A DNA stretch of 64,000 nt from Xanthobacter sp. (GTDB lineage Bacteria > Pseudomonadota > Alphaproteobacteria > Rhizobiales > Xanthobacteraceae): positions 6,983-70,982 of the forward strand of contig JAUCBT010000006.1 in assembly GCA_034676685.1 (NCBI GenBank). The letters run 5' to 3'. Every line of letters starts with the position of its first letter. The first letter of the stretch is position 1. This document shows, piece after piece, positions 17,603 to 27,156 of the stretch. The position numbers and the translations under genes were made by a program. Under the pieces are notes generated by a model. It saw nothing but the letters and a program-made list of their open reading frames with translations. It did no database searches and had not been told where the DNA came from.

Positions 17603-18829
17603 TCAGTTCTTCTTCACCAGCGGGCATGTGCTTTCAGACAGGGGCCGATAAGCCTCCTTGCCCGGGATGACGCTCAGCAGCTTGTAGACGTCCCACTCGC
17701 CCGTGGATTCGGCCGGTGTTTTCACCTGATACACATACATGTCGTGAACCATGCGCCCATCTTCGCGGATCACACCATCCTTGGCGAAAAAGTCATTCAC
17801 GGGCATTTCGCGCATCTTGGCCATGACGGCATCCGCATCCGTGGTGCCGGCAGCCTGCACGGCCTTGAGATAATGCATGGTCGAGGAATAATCGCCAGCA
17901 TCCCCCATGTGTGGCGGGCGGCCGACACGCTCTGCAAACCGCTTGGAGAAGGCGCGGGTTTCATCATCCCGATCCCAATAGAACGCATTGGTCAGGATCA
18001 TCCCCTGCGCGGCTTCCAGCCCCAAAGAATGGGTATCCGTCAGCCACACCAGAAGACCGGCGAGGGTCTTGCCCTGATTGGTCAGCCCGAATTCGCCCGC
18101 AGACTTCACGGCATTGATGAACGTGGTGCCCGAACCGGCAATGGCGACGACATCTGCCGGAGAAGCCATCGCCTGAAGCATGAATGAGCTGTGATCTGTC
18201 GTTTCGATGGGATAGCGGATCGATCCCACAACCGTCCCGCCGAGCGACTTGAGAATGGCGCTCGCATCCGATTCCAGAGCGTGGCCAAAAGCATAGTCTG
18301 CGGTCAGGAAGAACCATTTCTTATGGTCCTGCTTCGCCAGTTCCCGTGCAGTGCCATTGGCGAGCGCATATGTATCATAGGCATAATGAACGGAGTGCGG
18401 CGTGCATCCCTCACCCGTCAGCTTGGATGAACCAGAGCCGTTGACGATGGCAATGCCATTATGCTCCGCCGCAACACCGGCAACTGCGAGCGCGATGCCG
18501 GAATTGATCAGGTTGGCGATCAGATTCACGCCACCCGATTCATACCATTCCTGAGCTGTTGAAACGGCAAGCTCCGGCTTGTTCTGGTGATCGGACACCA
18601 GAACCTCGATCTTGCGACCCAGAACGTCCTTTCCAAAATCCTCGACCGCCATCTTCACAGCCGCCACGGAACCTTCACCGGCCTCATGGCTGAACTGTCC
18701 GCTCATGTCGGTCAGCACACCGATCTTGACCGGTGGATTCTGCGCCAGAACGGGGGCGTAACTTGCGGAAACCAGCAACGCGGCTGCAAGAGCGGCCGGC
18801 CGCAAAGTGCGTGCATTCAAGCGCACCAT
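17603..18829 (-). CDS. ABC transporter periplasmic binding protein, Liv/branched-chain (type I PBP) family
   Basis: Signal peptide, then PVKIGVLTDMSGQFSHEAGEGS... of typical length (408 aa). GGGAGGA lies 7 nt before the ATG. Confidence 0.85.
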   Translation of the reverse strand: MVRLNARTLRPAALAAALLVSASYAPVLAQNPPVKIGVLTDMSGQFSHEAGEGSVAAVKMAVEDFGKDVLGRKIEVLVSDHQNKPELAVSTAQEWYESGGVNLIANLINSGIALAVAGVAAEHNGIAIVNGSGSSKLTGEGCTPHSVHYAYDTYALANGTARELAKQDHKKWFFLTADYAFGHALESDASAILKSLGGTVVGSIRYPIETTDHSSFMLQAMASPADVVAIAGSGTTFINAVKSAGEFGLTNQGKTLAGLLVWLTDTHSLGLEAAQGMILTNAFYWDRDDETRAFSKRFAERVGRPPHMGDAGDYSSTMHYLKAVQAAGTTDADAVMAKMREMPVNDFFAKDGVIREDGRMVHDMYVYQVKTPAESTGEWDVYKLLSVIPGKEAYRPLSESTCPLVKKN

Positions 18830-19075
18830 GCCTTCATCCTCCCAAATGAAGTGATACCATTTTCAGTATCATTATCGAACGCGATATTAATTGCATTATT
18901 GGACTTTTCACGTCAATAGGCCAATTAATACGCCATGACGCCCATTTCACCGCGACTTAAGAGGGCGCAGTTGACACGCATCACAGTTTCATAGTTAGAC
19001 TTTTATGCCGGATAGAACTTTTCGAAGAGAAGCGATCGGCACAACGCCCGGACAGGGCGGCAGGGAGGAGACACA

Positions 19076-19834
19076 GTGAGCGAATCGAGTTGCATCCTCG
19101 AGGCGAAGGGGCTGCGCAAATCCTTTGGAGGCTTCGTCGCCATCGCAGGTGTGGATCTGCGGGTCGCGACGGGGCACATCCATGCGCTGATCGGCCCGAA
19201 CGGAGCGGGGAAATCCACCCTTTTCAATCTTCTGACCAAGTTCATTCAGCCAACAGGTGGCGAAATCCGCTTCAAGGACAACGACATCACGCGCGCCTTG
19301 CCAGCCGCGATTGCGCGCATGGGTATGGTGCGCTCATTTCAGATCTCCTCCGTTTTTCCCCACCTGACGGTCTACGAAAATATCCGCGTTGCGCTTCAGG
19401 CCCATGGCAAAGACACTTGGGGTTTCTGGAAGTCCGAAGATGAACTGCATCGCTTCGACGATGAAGTGCATCAACTGATCTGCCAGGTCGGATTGGAAGA
19501 TCTGGTCTATACACGCGCATCAGACCTTTCCTACGGCCGCAAGCGCGCTCTGGAACTGGCCACCACCTTGGCCCTGCGCCCCGAACTGATCCTGCTGGAT
19601 GAACCCATGGCAGGCATGGGGCAGGAAGATATCGAACGCACAGCCGCGCTCATTCATGCGTTGGGACGCAGGCACACGGTGCTCATGGTCGAGCACAATC
19701 TGAAAGTCGTCGCCAACATTTCAGACCGCATCACCGTGCTGCGCCGGGGCGAGAAGATCGCCGAGGGCAGCTATGAAGAGGTCTCCGCCAATGCGGAAGT
19801 GCGCTCGGCCTATATGGGAGGCGCACATGGCTGA
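19076..19834 (+). CDS. Liv-type ABC transporter ATP-binding protein (LivG-like)
   Basis: Walker A GPNGAGKST, LSYGRKRALELA and LILLDEPMAG. GTG start. Confidence 0.85.
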   Translation: MSESSCILEAKGLRKSFGGFVAIAGVDLRVATGHIHALIGPNGAGKSTLFNLLTKFIQPTGGEIRFKDNDITRALPAAIARMGMVRSFQISSVFPHLTVYENIRVALQAHGKDTWGFWKSEDELHRFDDEVHQLICQVGLEDLVYTRASDLSYGRKRALELATTLALRPELILLDEPMAGMGQEDIERTAALIHALGRRHTVLMVEHNLKVVANISDRITVLRRGEKIAEGSYEEVSANAEVRSAYMGGAHG

Positions 19835-20531
19835 AACGCGACTTCAGGTGGAAGCCCTTGAGGGCTGGTATGGCGAAAGCCACGTTCTGCACGGGGCATC
19901 ATTTCATGTGCGGCGCGGTGAGGTTGTCACGCTGCTCGGGCGCAATGGCGCGGGCAAGACATCCACCATGCGCGCGCTCGCCGGGGTCATGCGCAAACGC
20001 AAGGGGCGCGCGCTGTTTGACGGCAAAGACCTGCTCAGCGCCCCGCCTCATCGTGTGGCCCATCTGGGGCTTGGTTTCGTGCCGGAGGAACGGGGGATCT
20101 TCTCATCGCTGACCGTGCGCGAAAACCTGATGCTGCCGCCCATCGTGCGTTCCGGCGGATGGTCCATTCAGGACATCCACGACCTGTTTCCCAACCTCAA
20201 GGGACGCGACACCACCATCGGCACCCGCCTCTCGGGGGGAGAGCAGCAGATGCTGGCAATGGCGCGCATCCTGCGCACGGGGTGTGATTTCATATTGCTG
20301 GATGAACCGACCGAGGGGCTGGCACCCGTCATTGTCGAACATATCGGCCATGCTCTTGTGAAGCTGAAAGAAAAAGGCATCACCGTTCTTTTGGTCGAAC
20401 AGAATCTGAACTTCGCCCGAAGCGTCGCCGACCGTCACTATGTGATGGAGCAGGGCCGCATCATCGATGAAATCGACAATGGCAGCCTGTCTTCGCACAT
20501 GGACAAGCTGAACCGCTATCTCGGCATCTGA
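19827..20531 (+). CDS. Liv-type ABC transporter ATP-binding protein (LivF-like)
   Basis: GRNGAGKTST, LSGGEQQMLAMAR and ILLDEPTEGLAP. ATG 19827 has GGGAGG upstream and overlaps the upstream gene by 8 nt. Confidence 0.85.
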   Translation: MAETRLQVEALEGWYGESHVLHGASFHVRRGEVVTLLGRNGAGKTSTMRALAGVMRKRKGRALFDGKDLLSAPPHRVAHLGLGFVPEERGIFSSLTVRENLMLPPIVRSGGWSIQDIHDLFPNLKGRDTTIGTRLSGGEQQMLAMARILRTGCDFILLDEPTEGLAPVIVEHIGHALVKLKEKGITVLLVEQNLNFARSVADRHYVMEQGRIIDEIDNGSLSSHMDKLNRYLGI

Positions 20532-20540
20532 GAGGGCATC

Positions 20541-21428
20541 ATGACCGAATTTTTCGGAGTGCCAATTGCCGTCCTCTCGGGACAGGTGATGATTGGCCTC
20601 ATCAACGGATCTTTCTACGCTCTTCTGTCTTTGGGTCTCGCCATCATCTTTGGCCTGCTCAATGTCATCAACTTTGCCCATGGCGCATTCTACATGCTGG
20701 GCGCGTTCGTCTCGTGGGGATTGCTGACCTATGGCGGCGTCGGCTACTGGCCATCCCTGCTGCTGACACCGTTGATCGTGGGCGCGCTGGGCGCACTGTT
20801 CGAGCGGACCATGCTGCGCCGCCTCTATGGGCTGGACCACCTCTTCAGCCTGCTGCTCACTTTTGGCCTCGCCCTGGCACTGGAAGGCGTTTTCCGCTGG
20901 TTTTACGGCGCAGGCGGCAAATCCTATCCCGTTCCGGCAAGTCTTCAGGGTGTCTATAATCTTGGCTTCATGGTGCTGCCCATCTATCGTGCCTGGGTGG
21001 TTGTCGCCTCGCTTACGGTCTGCCTGCTGGCATGGGTGGTGATCGAGAAAACGCCGTTGGGCGCTCGCCTGCGCGCCGCTACAGAAAATCCGAAGCTTGT
21101 CACCGCGTTCGGCATCAATGTGCCCTTGATGCTCACGCTCACCTATGCGGCCGGCGTGGCTCTGGCGGGCCTGGCCGGCGTCATGGCCGCGCCGATCTAT
21201 CAGGTCAGCCCGAATATGGGTTCAAGCCTCATCATCATTGTCTTTGCTGTCGTGGTCATTGGCGGCATGGGCTCCATCATGGGGTCCATCGTCACGGGCC
21301 TGATGCTGGGGGTGCTGGAGTCTCTGACAAAAGTTTTCTTCCCCACGGCATCCGCCATCACCGTCTTCATCGTGATGATCCTCGTACTGCTCATGCGCCC
21401 GGCCGGGCTGTTCGGAAAGGACAAGTAA
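20541..21428 (+). CDS. Liv-type ABC transporter permease (LivH-like)
   Basis: Polytopic membrane protein. The N-terminus GLINGSFYALLSLGLAIIFGLLNVINFAHGAFYMLGAF is typical of LivH. Confidence 0.85.
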   Translation: MTEFFGVPIAVLSGQVMIGLINGSFYALLSLGLAIIFGLLNVINFAHGAFYMLGAFVSWGLLTYGGVGYWPSLLLTPLIVGALGALFERTMLRRLYGLDHLFSLLLTFGLALALEGVFRWFYGAGGKSYPVPASLQGVYNLGFMVLPIYRAWVVVASLTVCLLAWVVIEKTPLGARLRAATENPKLVTAFGINVPLMLTLTYAAGVALAGLAGVMAAPIYQVSPNMGSSLIIIVFAVVVIGGMGSIMGSIVTGLMLGVLESLTKVFFPTASAITVFIVMILVLLMRPAGLFGKDK

Positions 21429-21429
21429 A

Positions 21430-22428
21430 ATGGTCCATCGATACAAGGATTTCCGGCCAAGTCTGGTTTCCGCTCCCTGGCGTTATGGCTTTTTGGCACT
21501 TGCGATTGCGGTGGCGCTGCTTGCACCTCTGGCGATCTATCCGCTGTTTCTGGTCAAAGTGCTCTGCTTCATGCTGTTTGCTGCGGCCTTGAACCTCGTC
21601 CTTGGCTTTGCGGGCCTATTGTCTCTGGGGCACGCCGCCTTTTTTGGCGGAGCAGCCTATGCCTTTGCCCAATCCGCCAAAATCTGGGGCTGGCCGTTCG
21701 AGCTTTCACTGCTGTTCGGTGTGGTGGTGGGTGGCGCGCTGGGGTTCATCTTCGGGCTGATCGCCATCCGCCGGCAGGGCATCTACTTCACAATGATCAC
21801 GCTGGCTCTGGCGCAGATGGTCTACTTCCTCGCCATTCAGGCCCCCTTCACGGGTGGCGAGGACGGCATCCAGAATGTGCCTCGCGGCACACTGCTGGGG
21901 CTTCTGGATCTGCGCAATACCAGCACGCTCTATTATGTGGTTCTGGTGATTGTGGTGGCCTGCCTGCTGCTGATCCGGCGCACGGTGCATTCGCCATTCG
22001 GGCATATTCTGGGTGCCATTCGCGAAAATGAAACACGGGTCACGTCGCTCGGCCTGAATGTCAGTCGCTACAAGCTTCTGGCCTTCACTCTGTCTGCGGC
22101 TCTTTCCGGGCTTGCCGGTGCACTCAAGGCCTCTGCCTTCCAGCTGGCAACGCTGAATGATGTCTCCTGGCACATCTCGGGCGAAGTCGTGCTGATGGTT
22201 CTGATCGGCGGCATCGGCACATTGTGGGGCCCGCTGTTCGGCGCAATCTTCGTGGTGATGATCGGCCATATCCTTGCGACATCGGGGCTGCCTGTATCGC
22301 TGGTCGTGGGCGTAGTGTTCATGGCCTGCGTCATGCTCTTCCGGCGCGGTTTCTATGGCGAGACGGTTGAATATCTGCGCCGCAACCTCACCCGCAATGC
22401 GCCCGCGGCCAGGGATGCCGGGCATTAA
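21430..22428 (+). CDS. Liv-type ABC transporter permease (LivM-like)
   Basis: Polytopic membrane protein with LNLVLGFAGLLSLGHAAFFGGAAY. It starts 2 nt after the livH-like stop. Confidence 0.85.
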   Translation: MVHRYKDFRPSLVSAPWRYGFLALAIAVALLAPLAIYPLFLVKVLCFMLFAAALNLVLGFAGLLSLGHAAFFGGAAYAFAQSAKIWGWPFELSLLFGVVVGGALGFIFGLIAIRRQGIYFTMITLALAQMVYFLAIQAPFTGGEDGIQNVPRGTLLGLLDLRNTSTLYYVVLVIVVACLLLIRRTVHSPFGHILGAIRENETRVTSLGLNVSRYKLLAFTLSAALSGLAGALKASAFQLATLNDVSWHISGEVVLMVLIGGIGTLWGPLFGAIFVVMIGHILATSGLPVSLVVGVVFMACVMLFRRGFYGETVEYLRRNLTRNAPAARDAGH

Positions 22429-22443
22429 GGTTCAGAAGAGAAA

Positions 22444-22475
22444 GCAAACCCGCTACCCGACTGTGGCGGGTTTGC
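22444..22475 (+). terminator. Stem-loop terminator after the ABC operon
   Basis: GCAAACCCGC-12 nt-GCGGGTTTGC, a perfect 10-bp stem 16 nt after the stop. There is no strong T-run. Confidence 0.5.
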
Positions 22476-22502
22476 ATAATCAGGCGGATATGTATAAGGG
22501 GC

Positions 22503-23492
22503 ATGTCTCTTAAAAGGTCTTTCTTTGCAATGAAACCGGACGCAGCCGCGCCATTGAATCTGCCTGTCGTGATGCAGCGGCATTCCTCTGTCCGGCGCGC
22601 GATCGATATCGTTCTGGACAGCTGGAACTTCCTGATCATTCGCGAAGCCTTTTTCGGCGTGCGCCGGTTTGACAAGTTTCAGGCCCGCCTCGGCATTCCC
22701 CGCCAGACTCTGTCTTCACGGCTGAATGTCCTGGTTGAGAAAGAGATACTCGCCATCGGCCGCCGGCCCGGTGAGCCCGGGCACCAGTACTTCCTGACAG
22801 AACGCGGCAAGGATCTTTTCCCCGCCATGCTGTCGCTGATGGAATTCGGCGATACCTGGCTATGTGGAAACGAACTGCCGCCGCTCCAGCTCATCCACAC
22901 CAAATGCGGCAAGGAGTGCCACCCGATCACGGTCTGCTCGAGCTGCCTTGAGCCGATTGATGCGCGCTCTGTCTCGCCGCGTGACGGACCGGGTGCAGGG
23001 TTTGAGCCTGCCGAGGCGCGCCCGCGCTCCCGTCGCAGCTCCGACCCGACCCTTCTCCAGCGCGTGCGCCCCTGCACGGTGGCAGGCAGCCTTGCCATTA
23101 TCGGCGACCGCTGGAGCTTCCTGATCCTGCGCGAGGGCTGGACAGGGGTGCGGCGCTTTGAGGAAATGCGCGAAAATCTCGGCATTGCACCCAACATCCT
23201 GACCGACCGCTTGAACCGGCTGGTGGAGGCGGAGGTCTTCCGGCGCACGCCCTACGGCAATGGCGATCGGCAGGAATATCGCTTCACCGAAAAGGGTTTA
23301 GCGCTCTACAAGCCGATGATCGTGATGATGGCATGGGGCGACAAATGGCTGGCCAATGGCAAGCCGCCCATGCGTCTGCGCCACAAGGCCTGTGGGCATG
23401 ACTTCACGCCCATCGTCGTCTGCTCGGAATGCAAGCAGCCGATCCATGCACGCGATACGGACTATATCCTGCGATACGATTTACCCGAGTAA
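22503..23492 (+). CDS. Transcriptional regulator with two tandem HxlR-type winged-helix domains, each followed by a Cys cluster
   Basis: Repeat 1 is WNFLIIREAFFGVRRFDKFQARLGIPRQTLSSRLNVLVEKEIL...HTKCGKECHPITVCSSC. Repeat 2 is WSFLILREGWTGVRRFEEMRENLGIAPNILTDRLNRLVEAEVF...HKACGHDFTPIVVCSEC. Confidence 0.75.
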   Translation: MSLKRSFFAMKPDAAAPLNLPVVMQRHSSVRRAIDIVLDSWNFLIIREAFFGVRRFDKFQARLGIPRQTLSSRLNVLVEKEILAIGRRPGEPGHQYFLTERGKDLFPAMLSLMEFGDTWLCGNELPPLQLIHTKCGKECHPITVCSSCLEPIDARSVSPRDGPGAGFEPAEARPRSRRSSDPTLLQRVRPCTVAGSLAIIGDRWSFLILREGWTGVRRFEEMRENLGIAPNILTDRLNRLVEAEVFRRTPYGNGDRQEYRFTEKGLALYKPMIVMMAWGDKWLANGKPPMRLRHKACGHDFTPIVVCSECKQPIHARDTDYILRYDLPE

Positions 23493-23504
23493 AGGCATGG
23501 GGCA

Positions 23505-25898
23505 TCAGGCCGATGCCCCATTCTTCTCCCGCGCGGCGCGCACCAGCTGGAACAGCCGCTCCGGCGTTGCCGGCAACATGTTCACCTTCACGTCCAGATG
23601 CGCCAACGCATCCGAGATTGCATTGGCGATGGTCGCGGGTGCCCCGATGGTGCCCCCTTCCCCCATGCCGCGAAAGCCACCCACATTATTGGGCAGGGCA
23701 GCCTCGATATGAACGATGTCGATGTCCGGCACATCGGTTGCGACCGGCAGCAGATAATCGGCAAGGCTGGCCGCCACGCTCTGCCCCTGCTCGTCATGGA
23801 TGATCTCTTCCAGCAGCGCCGCCCCGATGCCCTGCGCCACCGCGCCATGCACCTGCCCGTCAACGATCATAGGATTGATGATGCGTCCGCAGTCTTCCGC
23901 CACCACATAGTTGAGGATTTTCACCCCGAATGTGCCGGGGTCTACCTCCAGCATGCACAGGTGGGTCGAGGAACAGGCCGTGCCGAGATAGGGATCATAG
24001 GTTTCCTGCACCACCAGATCGACGCGCTTATCGCGCGGGATGCGACCCATCTGGTTATAGACGGCCTTTGCCACCTCCTTCAGCGACAGGCTCTGGTTGG
24101 AACTGCGCGCGGTGATGATGCCGCCATGAAGATCCAGTTCATCAGCATTGGCTTCCAGCAGGATGGCGGCCATCTCCAGCACCTTGCTCTTCAGCGCCCG
24201 TGCCGCAAGGGTTGCCGCCCCGCCCCCCAGAACCGCCGAACGACTGGCATAGGTGCCCGAACTCATTGGCACCAGAGAGCTGTCTCCATGCAGGACCACA
24301 ATGTCATCCATGGTGCAGCCTAGCTCATCGGTGATGATCTGCGCCAGCGTCGTTTCCAGCCCCTGCCCGTGTGAGGCGACACCGAAAGCGGCTGTCACCA
24401 CACCCGTTGCATCGATGGAGATGTTCGCCGTTTCCGTACCGGTATTGATCGGCATGCCCGGGGCAACCGAGATGCGTGAGCCGATGCCTGTCAACTCCGC
24501 ATAGCTCGCCATGCCGATACCGACCCAGCGCCCCTTGGCGCGCATGCGGTCACGCTTCTGGACCAGACGGGGATAGTCCACAGCGGCGCAGGCCCCCGCA
24601 AGGCACTCCTGAAAGGCGGACTGATCCCAGATGATGCCCGGCGCGGTGCGATAGGGAAATTCGTCATCCCGCACCAGATTGCGACGGCGGATTTCGGCCG
24701 GATCCATGCCGATCTTGCGGGCCGCCATCTCCACCATGCGCTCCATCGCCAGTGTGGATGAGGGCCGCCCCACGCCGCGATACGGGCCGGTGGGCGGCTT
24801 GGGTGTCATCACCCCCCGGATGCGACCGCGATAAGCCTCGATCTTATAGGGGCCGGGCATGAAGCTGATGACCTGCACAGTCTCCAGCGCAGCTGTCCAC
24901 GGATAGATGGAAAACGCCCCGACATCACCGATCACATCCGCGCGCAAACCCAGAAACTGCCCCTCATCATCAAAGGCCAGCTCCGCCTCGATCCGCTCAT
25001 CAAAAGCCTGGCTCATGGCGGCCAGATCTTCCAGCCGGTCGGCGATATATTTCACAGGGCGCTGGAGCTTGCGCGCCAGAAGGCACACCAGCATTTCCTC
25101 GCCATAGAACGAGCCCTTGCCGCCGAAGGAGCCCCCCACATCTGGCGCAATCACACGCAGCTGATGGCTGGACAGCCCGAGGCAACCGGAAAGCACATCG
25201 CGCACCACACCGGGAATATTGGAGGCGGTGTAGAAGGTCAAAGAGCGCCGCCGCTTGTCCCATACCGCCATATAGCTGCGGTTTTCCATCGGGCTGGCGC
25301 ATTTGCGCGTCATGCGGAAGGTGTCGCCCACAATGTGAGGGGCTTTGCGAAAGACGTCATCCACATCTCCGCGGAGAAATTCGCGCTTGATGATGACATT
25401 GGTGCCCGCCTCTTCATGCAGAAGAGGTGCATCATCTTTCACCGCATCCACCTGACGGATGGCGAATGGCAATGGTTCATATTCTATGTGCACATGTTCC
25501 AGCGCATCTTCCGCCACATAGCGGCTTTCCGCCACCACCGCGACCACCGGCTCCCCCACATAGCGCACCTTGCCGCGCGCCAGCGGCCATGTCGGCGTCG
25601 CGTAATAATCCTTCATGCGTGATGTCGGCACCGCCGGCTGGCATTCGCCCTCGAAATCGGACATGTCGAACACGCCGACCACACCGGGAATGTCGAACGC
25701 ACCGCTGGCATCGATGGAAACAATGCGCGCATGCGGCTGATCTGAACGGCGGATCGCCACATGCAGCATGCCGGGGACCTGCACGTCATCAACATACTCA
25801 CCCGTGCCCGTCAGCAGGCGCAGATCCTCCGTACGCTTGATACGGCTACCCACCATTTTCGGGCGCATAGTGACATCGGAATAATCGGGTTTCTTCAT
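23505..25898 (-). CDS. Molybdopterin-binding large subunit of a xanthine-dehydrogenase/CoxL-family hydroxylase (not a true CO dehydrogenase)
   Basis: 797 aa with an aldehyde-oxidase/XDH a/b-hammerhead plus Mo-cofactor domains. The active-site loop reads PTGPYRGVGRPSS rather than the Mo-Cu CODH loop VAYRCSFR. Confidence 0.9.
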   Translation of the reverse strand: MKKPDYSDVTMRPKMVGSRIKRTEDLRLLTGTGEYVDDVQVPGMLHVAIRRSDQPHARIVSIDASGAFDIPGVVGVFDMSDFEGECQPAVPTSRMKDYYATPTWPLARGKVRYVGEPVVAVVAESRYVAEDALEHVHIEYEPLPFAIRQVDAVKDDAPLLHEEAGTNVIIKREFLRGDVDDVFRKAPHIVGDTFRMTRKCASPMENRSYMAVWDKRRRSLTFYTASNIPGVVRDVLSGCLGLSSHQLRVIAPDVGGSFGGKGSFYGEEMLVCLLARKLQRPVKYIADRLEDLAAMSQAFDERIEAELAFDDEGQFLGLRADVIGDVGAFSIYPWTAALETVQVISFMPGPYKIEAYRGRIRGVMTPKPPTGPYRGVGRPSSTLAMERMVEMAARKIGMDPAEIRRRNLVRDDEFPYRTAPGIIWDQSAFQECLAGACAAVDYPRLVQKRDRMRAKGRWVGIGMASYAELTGIGSRISVAPGMPINTGTETANISIDATGVVTAAFGVASHGQGLETTLAQIITDELGCTMDDIVVLHGDSSLVPMSSGTYASRSAVLGGGAATLAARALKSKVLEMAAILLEANADELDLHGGIITARSSNQSLSLKEVAKAVYNQMGRIPRDKRVDLVVQETYDPYLGTACSSTHLCMLEVDPGTFGVKILNYVVAEDCGRIINPMIVDGQVHGAVAQGIGAALLEEIIHDEQGQSVAASLADYLLPVATDVPDIDIVHIEAALPNNVGGFRGMGEGGTIGAPATIANAISDALAHLDVKVNMLPATPERLFQLVRAAREKNGASA

Positions 25899-26656
25899 CG
25901 GAACCCTTCTTTCCGTGCGGAGAGTTCATGCCATTGCTGGTCATCATGACCGCAGATGATCCGCGCCCCGCGATCCTTGAGCGCCCGGATCTCGGCCAGC
26001 GAATGGATGGCCTGCTCCATATCCCAGCTGTTCTTGGGGGCGTAACCTTCATCCACGTGGCGCATCATGGGCGCGGCATCCGATGCCAGAAGAAAGACGC
26101 CATCGCGCTCCAGTTCCACCCGCGCGGAAATGAGGCCTGGGGAATGGCCCGGAAGGGGCAGGATCACGATCCGCCCATCATCGAACAGGTCCTTTTGGCA
26201 GTCGATTTCCGTATAGACCTGCGCGATCTCCCATTCCTGTGGCAGATACCCCATGCGCTCCGCACCTTCCATACGGGCGGCCGCCAGTTCCGCCCTGTGT
26301 GCAATCACACTGGCGCGGGTGAAAGAGGCATTGCAGCCGCAATGGTCAGGGTGCAGATGGGAGCAGATGACCAGATCAATATCGTCCGCCCCAAGGCCAT
26401 GCGCAGAAAGCTGGTGGAGCACTGTGTCCTCAACGGAAAATATCGGCTGCATGGCCCGCGCCAAAGGCCCCCAACGGCCTTCGGGATCCTCCGCCACCTG
26501 CGGCGCGCATCCTGTGTCGAAAAGCACATTTCCCGATGCGTGACGCAGCAGGACGGAGATAACCGGAAGCTCCACCATCTCTTCCTTGCTCTCGGCAGGC
26601 ATATAGATGGACTTGCGCATTTTGAGACGGCCAGCGGAAAGAATGTCCATTCTCAT
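25895..26656 (-). CDS. Metallo-beta-lactamase-fold lactonase (AiiA/AttM-like)
   Basis: HLHPDHCG (HxHxDH), followed by GHSPG, ASDAA and CGHD ligand positions. There are 4-nt overlaps with both neighbouring hydroxylase subunit genes. Confidence 0.7.
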   Translation of the reverse strand: MRMDILSAGRLKMRKSIYMPAESKEEMVELPVISVLLRHASGNVLFDTGCAPQVAEDPEGRWGPLARAMQPIFSVEDTVLHQLSAHGLGADDIDLVICSHLHPDHCGCNASFTRASVIAHRAELAAARMEGAERMGYLPQEWEIAQVYTEIDCQKDLFDDGRIVILPLPGHSPGLISARVELERDGVFLLASDAAPMMRHVDEGYAPKNSWDMEQAIHSLAEIRALKDRGARIICGHDDQQWHELSARKEGFR

Positions 26657-27156
26657 GTCAGCGGTCCTCTTTCACGGGCCAGTTCACGCACAGCCGCGAT
26701 AATGTGGATGTAGCCGGTGCACCGGCATATGTTTCCCGAAAGCCCCTCGCGGATGTCATCGTCCGTTTCCAAAGGGTGGTGCTTCAGCAGGTCGGCAATG
26801 GCCATCACCATGCCTGGGGTGCAGAAGCCACATTGAAGCCCGTGATGGTCTTGAAACGCCTTCTGGATGCGCGAGAGCTGGTCTGGCGTGCCTTCACTTT
26901 CGATAGTCTCGATATCCATGCCGTCAGCCATCACGGCCAGCGTCAGACAGGAACGGGCGGAGCGGCCATTCAGGGTGATGGTGCAGGCACCGCACACACC
27001 ATGTTCACAGCCGACATGCGTGCCGGTCAGGCCCAGTTCATGGCGCAGGAAATCGGAGAGCAGCATCCGCGGCTCGATCTGCCTCGTGTGATGCATGCCA
27101 TTCACGGTGAAGGTCACGTCGATCTTGCCCCCGTGCATGGGCTCATTCTCCCTCAT
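26653..27156 (-). CDS. (2Fe-2S)-binding small subunit of the molybdenum hydroxylase (CoxS-like)
   Basis: CEHGVCGACT and CGFCTPGMV...NICRCTGY cysteine clusters. Confidence 0.9.
   Translation of the reverse strand: MRENEPMHGGKIDVTFTVNGMHHTRQIEPRMLLSDFLRHELGLTGTHVGCEHGVCGACTITLNGRSARSCLTLAVMADGMDIETIESEGTPDQLSRIQKAFQDHHGLQCGFCTPGMVMAIADLLKHHPLETDDDIREGLSGNICRCTGYIHIIAAVRELARERGPLT

Noticed and set aside
16439-18187. 582-aa plus-strand ORF, the longest unexplained ORF in the track
   Set aside because: It runs antisense across the ligase 5' end, the crotonase gene and the binding-protein gene. Its composition is Arg/His/Gly-rich with no motifs. The opposite-strand genes all carry strong family signatures.
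25895-26656. Calling the MBL lactonase a dedicated quorum-quenching AHL lactonase
   Set aside because: No luxI/luxR-type genes are in the window, and the gene is translationally coupled to hydroxylase subunits. A catabolic lactonase role is more parsimonious, although AHL activity cannot be excluded from sequence alone.
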